The notes: generated from the letters alone by a model not told the origin. A stretch of DNA of 54,136 bases, filler included, from Jimgerdemannia flammicorona (GCA_003990765.1; 3 parts of 3 records of this genome joined end to end with filler, not necessarily neighbours in it); one strand, 5' to 3'; counted from the first letter of the whole stretch, positions 25,500 through 39,174 are shown. Program-made: numbers and translations.

Positions 25500-27790
25500 T
25501 TGAAAGTGAAAAATATCTGAAGACCACTAAGAATCCAGATATATGTATATAAAAATTATATTTACATATAAGCTGTTTTGACATTTAGTTACTAGCTTAC
25601 CAGTAATAGAAAAAATATATTTAGATGAAACAGATGTTACTAAAATAGTAAGATAATCATGAGTCATTTATGAAAGATTAGAATATACTAATTGATTTTA
25701 CTACCACCAATTTAGTATATCTATATAAGAATTAGCTAGATTCTCTAACAAATAACTAAAATAGAGAAATATAAATGAAAATCAACTAAGCCAATAAAAA
25801 AACATAACAACAATACTCACTATTCAAGCTTATCATCTATATTGACATGCTGTTTCTTCTCATATATTAAGTTGATAAAATCATCAGTATTATAGAATAT
25901 TGAGGGTATAATGACAGTATTAATAGACTTATACTCCTTTTCCCAGATATGTTCCATCTGATTCTTCTATTTATTAATTAAGGATTTTTTCCATTACTTA
26001 TGATAAAAATAATATATATTAATATATAGATCTAAGGCCAAAGCTATACTATACAATGATGTCACCTTATAGTAATACTTTAGAAGTTTTATACATATAT
26101 TCTTAGTAGTAGTAAACATTATCTATAAAAAAATAAAAAATAAATTAAAATATATACATATTACTTCTCAATTATTTACTAAATTAATTTCTAATTTATA
26201 ATTAAAATTATTTTCAAAATTATATATATATCTGATTAAAACATTCACCAGTTTGATATATATTGATAATATCTTTATTATTGTAGGATACTTTGAAGCT
26301 AACATTACAGTTATCACTTTAGCAAAAGGCTTAAGAAATCAGCAAATCAATTCAAATTGTTATTATATATCTTTAGATATATTACTTATTTACTTATTCA
26401 TGGTACACAATATATCTAAATACTATTTGGATATAATATTAATTTATTTAGTACTAAAATATATCCAAATTATATTCTAAAATTTATACAAATAGATTCA
26501 AAATCTTATCTTACAAATCTCCAGAGCATGCACTAATATTTTATATATAGAACTCTATCTTATTGTAATATCTAAAAGAGACTTCAAAATGGGAATTTCA
26601 GAGGATTTATAGACTTTTACCAGTTGTATTTATTATTGTACTAAATTTTTAATCTTCTTTATTAACTCCTATAGCTTTCCAATGGGCTTGCTAAGAGAAC
26701 CAAGAGTATTATGAATAATGAGATTCAATATATATCTGAAATAGCAAATATAAGTAAGTAGATAATAGAGATTCTTAAAAAGAGTATTATTGTTACTAGT
26801 ATCATTATATATAATAGTAATGATTTAATTGTCACTAGGTAATAAATCATCTATTACTACATAACTCTAGGCTCTTCATAAGATTGGCACTTATGTATAT
26901 TATTTTGCTGATATTTATAAAGTCTAAGATAATATTATATATCTTCCAATCACTGTCAATTTAATGAGCTATTATTCCAAGAAAGATCTTAATATTAACA
27001 TTTGATATTCAACAATCAAGTATAAGTACCACCTTTGACTTGAGCTCTACTAGTCTTGCTTTTACTTAAGTCTAAAATAGTTCAAATTTCTTTTTAATAA
27101 CTTGTGAAATCATATCAGCTAATGGAAGAACTAGATTAGAGTATAATATGTAAAGAAGATACTTAAAGTCAGGATTTTCAACAGTAGAGAATGGCTGATA
27201 CCCAGTGATAATGAAGTTGATAATTAACTGATGGAAATTCTCATTACTTAAAGTCTTGCTAGTGTGGTTCTATTTGTAATAATAAAATTTGATAAATTAT
27301 TTTTCTAATATCTCCTAAGTACTTTTCAAATTTCATTTTATCTATACTTACAATATTATCTTTCTTAGATCAGTGAAGATTCTCAGCATGCTGGAGAGGT
27401 AAGAGTATGGTATCATGATGCTTCCAGAGATGTTATTTAAGATTATTGATATTGTTATCCTTCAATATATATATAGCTCTGAGTCATACAATAGCTGTAA
27501 CTGACAAGCTTACTTTGTAAATTCTATTTGAATAGAGAAATATGAGACTATATTAGAACCTTAACTACTTATGACCAACTACTCTTATAACTGCAACTAT
27601 TAACACAATATATAAAACTACCTTTATAGTATGATTCCATACCTAGCTATTACCAGATTTTGTTTTTATTTTTTTTTTTCTCATATTTGTTGGTAACAAT
27701 AAACCAGTAGAGATATCTGATATATCCTTCAATATATCCTCTAATATATTATCTGATAGTTCTGAAATTTCTCCTAAATATAGTTTTTGA
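25500..27790 (-). pseudogene. hAT transposase, heavily C>T/G>A mutated
   Basis: Relic motifs in the expected order: S*VWNH (BED), LK*HLWKHH, QPFSTVENPDF, AH*IDSDW, ICYFRYILNLII, DITIR*SS, IALALDLYIK (LDPRxK), AILVTSVSSKYIFS..QNSL..LDS*W. Confidence 0.85.
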
Positions 27791-29287
27791 TCTTTAGATA
27801 TTTTGAAAAGTATTTAATAATAGCAGGAACTGAGAGCTTAAGTAAGAGGCCAAGAGCTGGAAAGTGGCTAGAAAGTGGTGAGCTAGAGAGTGGTAAACTG
27901 GAAAGTAGTGAGCTGAGGGACAGGGAATGGACTGGAGGGGCAGTGAACTGAGGGGTAGAGAGTTGGGGGCAGAGAGTTGGGGGTATAAAGTTGGGGGTGA
28001 GGAGTTGGAGGCATAGAGTTGAGAGCATAGAGTTGAGAGCAGTGAGCAGTGAGAAAAGCCAGGAACTGTGGGGTCTGGAACAGAAGTCAGTGAGCTGGGG
28101 AGCAGCAAGATGGAGAGTAGTAAGATAGTGGCATAAGATGCAATGGCCAAAGATTGATTATATATTCTATATGATTCAGAATATTCTGAGTAAGCCCTGA
28201 TTGAGCAAGGTTTGTGATACATTTAAACAAGATTAGTAGTGAGGTTTAAGTAAGATTTGTAAGTAAGATTAAAGTGAGATTTATAAGTGATATTTGAGTG
28301 AGATTTGCAATGATATTGAAGTGAGGTTTGTGGCATATTTGAGCAAGATTTATAGTGAGATTCAAGCTAGATTTACAAGTAAGATTAAAAGCCAGATTTG
28401 CAAGTGATGTTTGAGCAAGATTTGCATAAGCCAGGCTTTGTAAGTCTTGCACTTACAAGTCTAGACAAACTCAGTCTAATAAGCTAATATAATATATATA
28501 TAAGCTGATATCACATAATATTAGCTATCAGCTGAGCAGAGCTAAGTAGAGCTGAGTAGAGCAAATCTCACTTATGCTTATACTTATGCTTATAATCTAG
28601 AGCTTTTCTCACTATGTTCTACTTCTCTTATATAACCCTCATATATTCCTCTATCTCTCTCATTCTCATTTCTTGGATTGCAAATAATATGCAATTTTTT
28701 AGAGATTTTGAAAGGAGTTTTGAAGAGATTCTGAAAGAGCTTCTGAAAGAGATTTCAAAGAGATTCTGAAAGAGCTTCTGAAAGATATTATAGCTTTTGA
28801 ACATTTAATATATTGAAAGCTTACTTTTATCTCTCATTTTTTACTTTATCTTATTCTTCACTTTGCCTCATCCTTCACTTTGCCTCATCCTTTGCTTTGC
28901 CTTCATCTTATCCTTTGCTTTATCTCACTTAATTCACTACTATATTAAGTGGCCACCCAGCTAATAAGTATTTACAAGACCCCCCTCAAGCTCAATATAT
29001 CTTAGCTCACTGTTCTAAAGCTCAACACCTTAAAGATATCCAGCTTGCCAACACCCAGTCTATCAAGCTTGCTAACACTCAGTCTGCTGAGCTTGCCAAT
29101 ATCCAGATTGTCAAGATCACTGACTCTCAGCTTACTGACCCTCAGCTTCTCAATCTCTAGCTTAACTACTAGTTTACTACTATATAGCTCACTCCCCCAG
29201 ATCCCCAGCTTCCCAACCACCAGCTCACCACTGGTCTACAAGTACAAGGTTCTCCACCAGATCTCAATAATGCAATTTGAAAAAGTT

Positions 29288-29327
<40 letters not shown>

Positions 29328-29839
29328 AAAAAATCAATGCCTGAATTTTTTTTCTAATAACATTCGAAATATACATATTCTCCAGCTTCTAAGCCTGGGC
29401 TGGAGTACAAATCTTACTATAATTGTCATTTTTGTTATTAAGTTTATCTAAGTACCATCTGAAAGCATTACCAAATTAATTTTCTGGATACCCCAAATCT
29501 TATAGAGAAAAAGTCTTACAAATCAGACATTAGGCATGCCTTTGCTACAGCCAATAAATATATTAAGAAAGTACATAATAACCAACTGAGGCAAAAAGTC
29601 ATAAGAGTAATAAAAAACTATATAAAAATTATAAAATATTTATCATACTATATCAGCTTCAAGGTAAATACCAAAGTATGAAACAAGTGAGGTTGTCTAG
29701 ATAGAATTGTCATTATAAATAAATATGAAAAACTGCTGGTTATATTTGAATAAGTATCAGTGAAGAATAACAAAATACTTTATACATGACTAATGGGTGA
29801 TAGGCTAGTGTATTTAATTAATATTGAGAAAGAGAGGGG

Positions 29840-31076
29840 TAGCAGTAGAGAAGATAGAGAGATAAGAGAGGTCAGTGTCAGTGGAGGGATCAGTACTGGT
29901 AGAGAGATCAGTAGAGAGATCAGTACAGGAAAGGTCAGTGTGAGAGAGGTTAATATAGGGGAGATTGGTATAGGAGTAGTTGTATAGAGGAGGCTGGTAT
30001 AGAGGAGGTCAGTATAGGAGAGGTTGGTATGGGGGAGATTGGTGTAGAGGACATTAGCATAGAGGAGATCAGTATGGGGGAATATGGAGAGGTCAGTGTG
30101 GAGGATAAAATAGAGATTAGTATAGAGAAGGTTAGTATAGGCTCTCAGCCTCTCTCTCATACCCTCATCCCTACACCCTTACTCCATCCCCCATCACTCA
30201 TTATAACCTTCTTCTCCACATACACCATAATGACTAATCAGCAACATGATGACAATGAACTTACCCCCTCTCAGACCACTGACTATAAGCCCGGAGAGAA
30301 GAAATCCATTCAGGAGTACCAGACTCTCGATACCAATGCTAGAAGTGAAAGACCTCTCTTGGCCTCAGTTAGGGTTCTGGGCCTTCCAATGATTCTCACT
30401 GTATTATCTCCCAGATTGCCCTGGAGGTTGCTGGCTACTCAGACATCATTCTGGACCTCTCTATACCAGAGGCCTTACAGACTATTAAGAACAAACCCTT
30501 TATAATCAAGGTGGGTATAGAGTATAGGATGAAGGTTTTATTCAAGATCCAACATGATGTTGTCTCTAGCCTCAAGTATCTATAGATCATCAAGAGGTAT
30601 AGTATTCAGATTAATAAGACTAAGGAAATAATTGGCTCATATAGCCCTGTACTTGAGTCATATGAGAAGAAGTTTGTGGTTGAGAAGACACCCACTGGCA
30701 TATTGGTTTGTAGTCATTATGAGGCTAAGAGCAAGTTTGTTAATGACAATAATATCATACACATTGAATGGAACTAGTCCTTTGACATTAAGAAGGACTA
30801 GAAATAAATAGATACAGGGAGAAGGAGAGTGGAGTTGGTCAACAGATTGCACTTGCTTTGTTCATGAGTGAGAGGATTTATGTATGTTGTCTGGATACTT
30901 CACTTGTCATTATTTCATTGTTTCATTTTTGTATTAGTCTGTTTCTATGTGAATTGTATAGTTAAATATGATTTGTGATACTGGCTCCCTTGCTTTGCTA
31001 TTCTGAGAAACAAAAACCAAGCATTATCACATTCAAACAATTGTTGAGTTTGGATTCAATAAATACTAAAAACACT

Positions 31077-31107
<31 letters not shown>

Positions 31108-31310
31108 TATGGGAAGATCAGCATAGAGGACAAAATAGAGATTGGTATAAAGGAGATTAGTATAGAGAAAGATATGGAGGAGAAGAATATGGAGGAGAAG
31201 AATATGGAGAAGAAGAATATAGAGGAAAGTAGTTCAGAATATATAAAGGAAGATGGTTTAGAATATGAGAAGGAGGAGGATCAGTTGGTTTATAATGATA
31301 AAGAGTAAGA
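29840..31310 (+). repeat. About 15-bp tandem array (GAGGAGATTGGTATA-like) split by the Rho-GDI retrocopy
   Basis: The same purine-rich unit occurs at about 29840-30142 and 31102-31300. It translates as an acidic EEIxx repeat, probably the tail of a decayed cargo gene. Confidence 0.6.
30230..30807 (+). pseudogene. RDI1: Rho GDP-dissociation inhibitor processed pseudogene
   Basis: YKPGEKKSIQEYQTLD..KPFIIKVGIEYRMKVLFKIQHDVVSSLKYL*..IGSYSP..HIEWN*SFDIKKD*. No introns. A 3' UTR with AATAAA and a poly(A) tract at about 31077-31101 follows. Confidence 0.92.
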
Positions 31311-31849
31311 TCTGTTCACACTAGTAAGTTCTTTATTTTTCTGATTTACTTTCTATTTATTTTTGATTTAATTTTGATTTCTGATTTTTAATTATATTTC
31401 TATTTATTTATTCTAAATATATATCTTAGATATGTAATTTTTTTTTTGTACCTTATAGCTTAAAGGTGAATTAAAGATGGATCTGTATTGGGTCAGAGTC
31501 AGATTACATATATTTCTTAGGTTGGATTATGTATATTTTTCAGATTAGATCATATATATTTCTTGGCTCAGGTTAAAGATGGGTTACATATAATTCTGGG
31601 TCAGGTTAAAGATGGGTGACATATATTTCTGAGTTAGGTGAAAGATGTGTGATATTTAATTCCAAGTTGGATTAAAGATGAGTGATGTATATTTCCAGGT
31701 CAGATTAAAGATAGGTGACATATATTTCTAGGTCAAGTTAAAGATGAGTTATATATAATTCTGGGTTGGCTGTTTTATGAATTGGGTTTTGGATTAATCA
31801 GGTTGAGTTTGCAGAGCTTTAGGCAGAGGAGTATTACAGAGGGATTCAC

Positions 31850-34800
31850 TGACACTAATTCTATATACACTATCCCTGGAGCCTCTTTTGGATAGGATAT
31901 ATCATAAGATAGGAGAGTTGGACATTCTGGGGGTTAATTAGAAGGTGGGGACCTTACCAATGATATAGTGGTCAGGCTGTGGTCAGTTGAGGATATTGCA
32001 ATACTGAAAGATACAGTAGAGTGATATGAGGAGTACTCAGATGCTAAGCTCAACTGATATAAGTATAAGACTTTGGTATTAGAAGGAGGAATAGTAGGTA
32101 GAGATGTCATTAGAATAATTATCCCTATAGGAGAGGCTGTGTACTATCTGGGAATCTACTTTTTGGTATATGGTTCTTTGCTACTATACAGATAGTGGAA
32201 GCAGCAGTTAGTGGAGTGAGGAAGTACTCTCTTAGATTGAGATAGTTGCTATATATCTCTGGTAGGAAGGGTGATAGTGTTGAATGTTTACTAGCTATCT
32301 AAGCTAGGATATCTAGAATACCATTTGGACTTTCTGATATAGGTGGTCAAGTAATGATACTCCTGGACACCTTTTCCAGTTACTACTCATGTTATACATA
32401 CTTTTACAATATACTTTCAAGCATTTATTAGAGAAAGATACTAAGGCAATGGCAACCAACAAGCAAGCTGACATATGTACTAAGTCAGGTAGACCTGGAG
32501 CCTTCGACTGATAATATGTTGGATGTAGGTATGGATTAGGGATAGGGTTGTTCAGTAGTCCAAGTGGACTGGGCAGATCAGATAGTGGTAGCAGCACTGG
32601 GAGAGGAGCTAGAGAGCAGATGGGGAGGAGCTTTGTGGATATATTGAAGAATAGTAGATGGCTGGTTGGATCTTATAGTAGATGGATAGAGAGAAGAAAA
32701 AGCAGAAGGAAGGGGAAGTGAGAGGTGTTGGACCTCAGCCAGTAGAGGAAAGAGCTAGTAGAGCAGTAGCTGGGAGTAGGGGGGGGACTGCTAATAGTAG
32801 CATGACTGAGAATCTGGAAAAAAATCCAGATGTGACTACTGATAGAGGGGCTGAGCAGATGGGCCCAAAGAGGAAGGGGGATCTAGCAGATGGTATGACA
32901 GGACTGACAGTAGCACCATTACTCAGGAAGTCGATCTTGGAGTTTGCAGCAACCTTGTATTTCAGGGGCTTGGCTGTGATAGCAAGGATGGTTCTGGAGA
33001 TTATCTCAGAGCAAGTGGCTGAAGCTGCATTAGTGAAGTTTCTGAAGGGACTAGAGAGAGTTGAGGTGGGTTTTGAAAAGGCAGGTCTACTGGAGGAAGC
33101 TTTGAAGACTGGAGTGGTAGTAGGAGAGGTGGTGGTCTCTATGGTGCGGTGTTTGAGGTGGGACCCCAGGGTGGTTCAGTTGCTGGTAAAGGGGGTACCT
33201 ATGGTGATGAAGGTTGAGACTAGGAGGAGGGTGGAGGAGGTGATGGCAGAGTATAGCGATGTGGTCAATATTGAATTCCAGATGTGGGAGGGGACTACTT
33301 TTAGGACAGAGAATATTGATATCAGGATTAGACTGATAGAGAGAGAGACTACTGGGAAGACAAGTGACTGGCCTTCAGTTATATTGTGGGGGGCCTTCAT
33401 CTGTAAGATATCAAGGGTGAAGGGGAGTTGAGCAGAGCAGTTGAGTGAAGGACAAAGGTCTGGAAGATGTATGAAGAGACTATATATTTTGAAGTTGTAG
33501 ATAGGAAGCATATTCATACAGACAAGAGGCAGTGGGAGAGGGCTCAAGGGTGCAAGAGACAGAGAGAGTTGTTGGTGAGTATAGACAGTAAGATAAAGAA
33601 GGATGCTGGAGGAGCTGAAGGGTCTGGAGGGACTAAGGCAAGTGTCTGGGCTAGTAAGAGAGAAGGGAATAGAGAGAAAGACCTGGATAGGGCCAGGAAG
33701 ATACCATGCAATGACCCATATGCTGATGGTATGTTCAAGGTCTGGGAAGAGTAATTGGATGGTACTCCTCCTCCTCTTATCAGGAGAGGTCCAGCTGGGA
33801 GGAGCAAGGTAGTAGAGGATGTACTAATGTGTGGTACCCAGCAAGTACACTTTGGAGTTCCTGACATGGCAAAAGGGGGACAGGTGGTGGCAGTTGGCAA
33901 GGATGAGCTGGTGGATGTCCTGGAGGAGGAGTGGGATAAGATAGTAAGTGTAGGGGCTGATACTATGATGCTGGATACCAGGAGGCCAGAGACACTAAGA
34001 GAGAAGGAGGTGGAGAACCTATTATGAATATGTTGGATGATGAATAACTTCACAGCTGAGGAGTTGGGAGAAGTGGACCTAAGAGTGATAAGTAAGAAGC
34101 ACTGAATATGGATTCTGTATAGCAATAGAGTAGTGGAGGCACTGAAGGTAGAGGTACTTGCGATTCTTTTAGAGAAGGAGGGGTATGAGGTTGATAAGGA
34201 GAGGGAGGCAGAGCTGGCTGTTGTTACTGGTGAAAGGGCTGCCTTCTGTTGGGCAGAGTGTTATGGGCTGAAACTCTGGCAGGAGGCCTATCTGGAGTAT
34301 TATGAGGAATTTGAAGAAAAGAAGGATAGAGAGATGGCTGAACTGCTGGTTGGATTGGAGGCAAGGGAGGCTGATAAGGAGGGATTGGCTGCTGAACATA
34401 ACTTAGATATAGCTCAGGAGAGGAGGGATGTGGACTTATAGAGGATGAGTAGGATACTACTTCTAAACATTCTTCCCAATAAATAGTACATATAACTAAT
34501 ATTTTTTCTCTGAATATGAATGGGTTATGGGGATCTGGGAGGTGGAAGAATATTTTTACTTGGCTTAAGGGATTGGAGGCTGATCTCTTTCTGCTACAGG
34601 ACATATGCTGTGAGGATGAGATAGATCAAGTAGAGTGGGCTAGAGAATGGGGAGGAGCTATAGCTCGGATTGATAAAGTGGCAATTTTGATATAAAGGGG
34701 TAAAGGAGAACTTGGTGAAATCAGGAGTTGGGGTGACCATTTGGTATAGGGGGAGTGGTGTTGACCTGGGTAAGAGCCTGTGAGAGTTGGCTCTTACTAC

Positions 34801-36060
34801 TGCTCAGCAGCTAGGGGTGAGTAGATTGCATAGATTCAAGATCTTTTAGAGGAGGGCACATTCTTGAAGGATGGGGTAGATGTTCTGGGAGGTGACTTCA
34901 ATATAGTGCAGAATCTTCAGTTAGATAGAACTGATGGTGGAAGGAGTGCTGGTGGAAGGAGCAGCAGCCTGGATATATGGAAGAAAGTAGAGAATCTTAG
35001 CTCCTTAGGAGATATAGGCAGAACACAGTAGGGAGAAAAGAGGATCTACATGCATTGGGTAAATGGTCTAGGTACAAGGATTGACTAGATACTGATAGCC
35101 AAATACTGGGGCCTGGATGTTTGGAGAACTCTAGAGATAGAGTGGTACCTATGGTCTGACCATTGGAGACTGTTAGGGCAGGGGAGGTTTGGAGAGAGTA
35201 GAGATAGACCTAGATATTGATGCCTTAACTCCTCTCTGCTGACCAAGAAGGTATTGTGGGACTATTGGGTGGAGGACATTCAGGGGAAGATCATAGGCTG
35301 GATACATAAGGGCTTATAAGTAGATGTCCAGTGGATGAAGTTGAAAGAGACAGCAAGGGCTTACTGGCTCTCTTTGGTGGGGCTGAATGGAATTAGGAGG
35401 CTGTGGTTCAAGGGCTTTTGGTGGGGTGTGACTGATGGGGTACACCCAATTGACTTGCGCTGGCAAGGCAATGAGGGGGAGGCAGTGTGGGGGCCTAGTA
35501 TGTGGCATTGGGATAGACTGCTCCTGGGGGGTGCTCCACTTGCTACGTTCGATATTGAGGAGGAAGTAGAGTGTCAGCAGGGACTGGGCCAGGATCTTTG
35601 GCCGAGTGGATGGCAGGCAGCAGGGATCGGCGAGGAGTGGGACTGGGCTGGTATCTGGTCTTGGAGTGCAGAGGTACAGAGGTGGCTTCCTCCCAAGTTC
35701 TGGGTGGTATGGTGGAGAATGTTGCAGAGGAATGTCATGCTGAATTTCCACACAGGGCATTTGGTAGATGGTGGACAATTCAACTGTGAGGAGTGTTATG
35801 ATGGCGGGGATCGGCGAGGAGTGGGACTGGCCTGGTGTCTGGTCTTGGAGTGCGGAGGTCCGGAGGTGGCTTCCTCCCAAGTTCTGGGTGGTATGGTGGA
35901 GATTGTTGTGGAGGAATGTCATGCTGAATTTCCGCACAGGGCACTTGGTGGATGGTGGACAATTTGACTGTGAGGAGTGCTATGGTGTTGGGCAAGCTGG
36001 GGGTCATGTACAGACGCCAGAACATTGGCTTGGAGAGTGTGAGGTATTGGGGGGCTTTTG
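31850..36060 (+). mobile_element. Rearranged L1/Tx1-type LINE copies
   Basis: A post-RT fragment (about 31850-32340), an ORF1 homologue (32682-34441) and an APE domain (from about 34490). The sequence then jumps directly to the C-terminal zinc-finger region, so RT is missing. A tandem duplication of about 186 bp lies at about 35620-35990. Confidence 0.88.
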
Positions 36061-36160
36061 NNNNNNNNNNNNNNNNNNNNNNNNNNNNNNNNNNNNNNNN
36101 NNNNTTAATTAATTAANNNNNNNNNNNNNNNNNNNNNNNNNNNNNNNNNNNNNNNNNNNN
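36061..36160. other. Assembly gap / contig linker
   Basis: N-run containing TTAATTAATTAA. Confidence 0.95.
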
Positions 36161-38285
36161 CCCCACCTTGAGCGTTCACCCAGTAGTCCGTCATCTTCGA
36201 TTTTGGCATCGCGTCAGGACATTTTATCTTAGCCCTGCAAGGAGAGATCTCGATGATCAAATGTTGCCTGTCTCCGCCCAACACAATCTGGCTCAATTCG
36301 AACTCGTGTGAGTAATCGGTTATTTTAATCTTCAGGATAAAATCGATGGTAAACGTCTGCTCCATGTCGCCGAGTTTCGCGTTTGACAAAGTGCAGACAC
36401 CAATGGTGAACTTTGGGTTCTCTAGCGCTTGGGTCATGGGTTCACCTTGATTAAAGTAATTGGTAACTGGCGAAAATGAAAACCAGATTTTTCTGTACTA
36501 ACGGCGAAAATCCGCGGGGCCGTTAAATGTAGCTGCAGTAGCGTTGTTTCCCTGGTGTCCCTGCTGATAGTAGTGATAACTCCCCTGGCGCTCCCGTCTT
36601 TAGTATCCCCATCTTTATTATCCCCTAGCTTCCGAGAAATTGGATAAGATCCGGGTACATCGCTATTGACATAACGACGTAACATAGTAAGGCCATGAGG
36701 GATCTTAAGGGACGGTTTTGAATGTAAGGATCAACTTGGCCTCGGCCTCGGGCCGTCCATGGCAGCGCATAGACCAAGGCTGCGAGATGGAGGGCGATGA
36801 ATTCTTTCATTTAGTATAGAACAAAGAAAATCCAAACGTTTTTTTTTTTTTTTTTTTGTTTTTGCCAGGGCTATTTCTATTCATTACCTCATCACCTCAT
36901 TCCATATCAATTTTGTGAACCAATGCCTACCATGTAAATCCAATTGGGCAGCTGTGTCATAAGCCAAATTCCACGTGCTCCAGCAGATCTGAAAACAGCG
37001 GTGCACCCACGTCCATCCTCTCGCACAACCATCGAGGATCCTGCAGGCCGAATCCAATCCCTACGATGATGTTACAATGGTAAAGACATGCAAGACGTTC
37101 AAAGGCACGGCTTCGAGTGTGGGCTGCTTTAGTTGTAGTTGGAATGATGGATAAAATAGATAAGTAGCAGTCTCGATCTTTCTTTTTAGCTGGAGCTCAT
37201 TTGATTATTTGGTTTATTTATTTGGCTGACTAATTTGTTCATAAATTCTGTACCTCAGTAGTTTGTTAGATGCCTTTTATACTACATATTGTGAACAATT
37301 ATTTATTCTGACAAGTTGTCAGAATATTTATGAGGCTTTACTATGCTAAGCATAAACAAGTTTCGGTATTACAGTAATAGTATTTGTATTGATAAATAGA
37401 GTCTAAGTCAAATATTATATATAAGGTCATGAAAACTAAGTGTTGATTTAAGACTCTATGTTTCGGTCTTGTTTGACGTTACAGATACGAGCCTTCAACT
37501 TACAGCAATCCCTACAGTTTGTAAGAGGAATTTGATACATGCTCATCGAGTCCGACATTCCCAAATGCACTCAAGTGCTTTGAGCTCTACATTTACTCCG
37601 AATGTTCTTGACTTGCAGGGAGACAGAGTTCACCAGGTCCAGGTCCAGGTCATCGCCATCGTCATCGTCATCGCCATTTGTATGACAACGTATGAAACAA
37701 CCTTTTGACATCCTTGAATTACTCTTCAAGAAGGTGAAGCCAACTTTCAAGTTAACTGTGTAATCTATCGGTTCATCCCCAAAATTTATCCACTTATACT
37801 TTGCCATGTGCCGCTCAAACGGATGTCTCAGAATTCTGACCGTTTGGACAGGTTTATCCACCTTATAGCACCATCTGATTTCCCTGATACTCTCGCTTTG
37901 AGTGGTCTTCTAGTAGAGTAACTCCTTCGACTCTGGCATCGTATCGGTACAATTAATGTTACCTTTGCAAGGGTTGATCTCGGCGAGGAAATTCTTGAAG
38001 AAATAGTACTCATTTTTGATCAAATGATTCTTGCCTCCGGTCAACACGATCGGGTCCAATTCCAATTTGTGAAAGCATTCGGTTATTGGGTAAAAGCAGG
38101 TTTAAACTAATGCAACAGATCTTGACAAACGTCACGATTCAGTGGACACCTGCAGGTTTTATTGCGGATACGTCGAGTTTCTGACGCTGGATCTCGGAGA
38201 TATGTCAGCATTGGGCACAACTGCGCGATGGAATCAAGCTCACGATCCCTGCGTGTTCGCTCATCCATCTCCTGTTCATGATCAG

Positions 38286-38369
38286 AGAACAGAATCGACG
38301 ACGAGGGGGCACGCGCCCTAGCCAAATCTCTAAAGCAGAACACGACCTTGACCACGTTGGATCCTCACA
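38286..38369 (+). pseudogene. Isolated 84-nt RI-like LRR exon, remnant of an LRR gene
   Basis: cag|..NRIDDEGARALAKSLKQNTTLTTLDPH|gtatga. Same length and phase as the exons at 44323-44933. Confidence 0.75.
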
Positions 38370-39174
38370 GTATGACGTCATCGACCGCTGCAAGACATCG
38401 CCCAATTCGTCATCACCAAGGTTTGGATCGCGTCGGAAAACGAAGTCGTACAAGAATCCCTCGCAAACAAAGGAGTCGTATCAATCCACCTCATTGACAA
38501 AAGACGACCGAACCTGAAACGAATCATTGACCATCCGACGTCCCGCGACGTATCTGGGAAAGCATGGATTGACTCCGCGATAAAGAACGCCCCAGACAAT
38601 ACCGTCGAAGATCGCAACATACAAGGATTTCGGTATCGTCCTACACGACCAATTTTCGAGAAATGGCTAAGCACTTCCTACATCGTTTGCTTTTGACAAA
38701 AAGGTTCCCAAAGGACAAGAGTTATACACAATTCAAATCAATCTAAATTGTGTAATATAATTAGAATGTATCATATAACCAGTTTAATTCAAAATACTAG
38801 ATACTATATTAATTATATAAAATAACTCTTTAATATTAATTGTAAAATAATATTAATTATATTATAAATAAATAAAAGGTTTAAATAAAAACTAATATAG
38901 AAAATTCAAATTATATTACATAATTTTTTTTTATTCAGATTTGTCGAAAAATTCAGTAAGAAACGATATTTAGAATGGCTACATACACGGCGAGATGTTG
39001 GTATAAGAGAATGGCCCAGATTTCGACGAGTAGCTCATTGGCAAGATATAAAGTTCGAATTCGCTATTGGCTCAAAGCATATCGGCACGTGGGATGGATT
39101 CTGAATCATGTGAGGTGTGACGTCTATTAAGCATTGTTGAGGCATCTCACGTTTCCTTTGCACTCTTTGCACTA

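Larger units (their letters stand above)
25125..31821 (-). mobile_element. Complete but decayed hAT transposon (about 6.7 kb) with TIRs and cargo
   Basis: Left end TAGTACTCTACAATTCAAACTGAT; right end (reverse complement) TAAAGCTCTGCAAACTCAACCTGAT. Inverted arrays of about 31-bp subterminal repeats at about 25160-25370 and 31480-31770. The 8-bp flanks GGCATACC and GGCAGAGG match partly. Confidence 0.75.

Noticed and set aside
25500..27790. Gypsy integrase
   Set aside because: The motif order fits a hAT transposase.
28506..28975. Solo LTR (TG..CA ends)
   Set aside because: No TSD, PBS/PPT or second copy.
36161..36810. Minus-strand ORF fragments
   Set aside because: No recognisable motif, and truncated by the gap.
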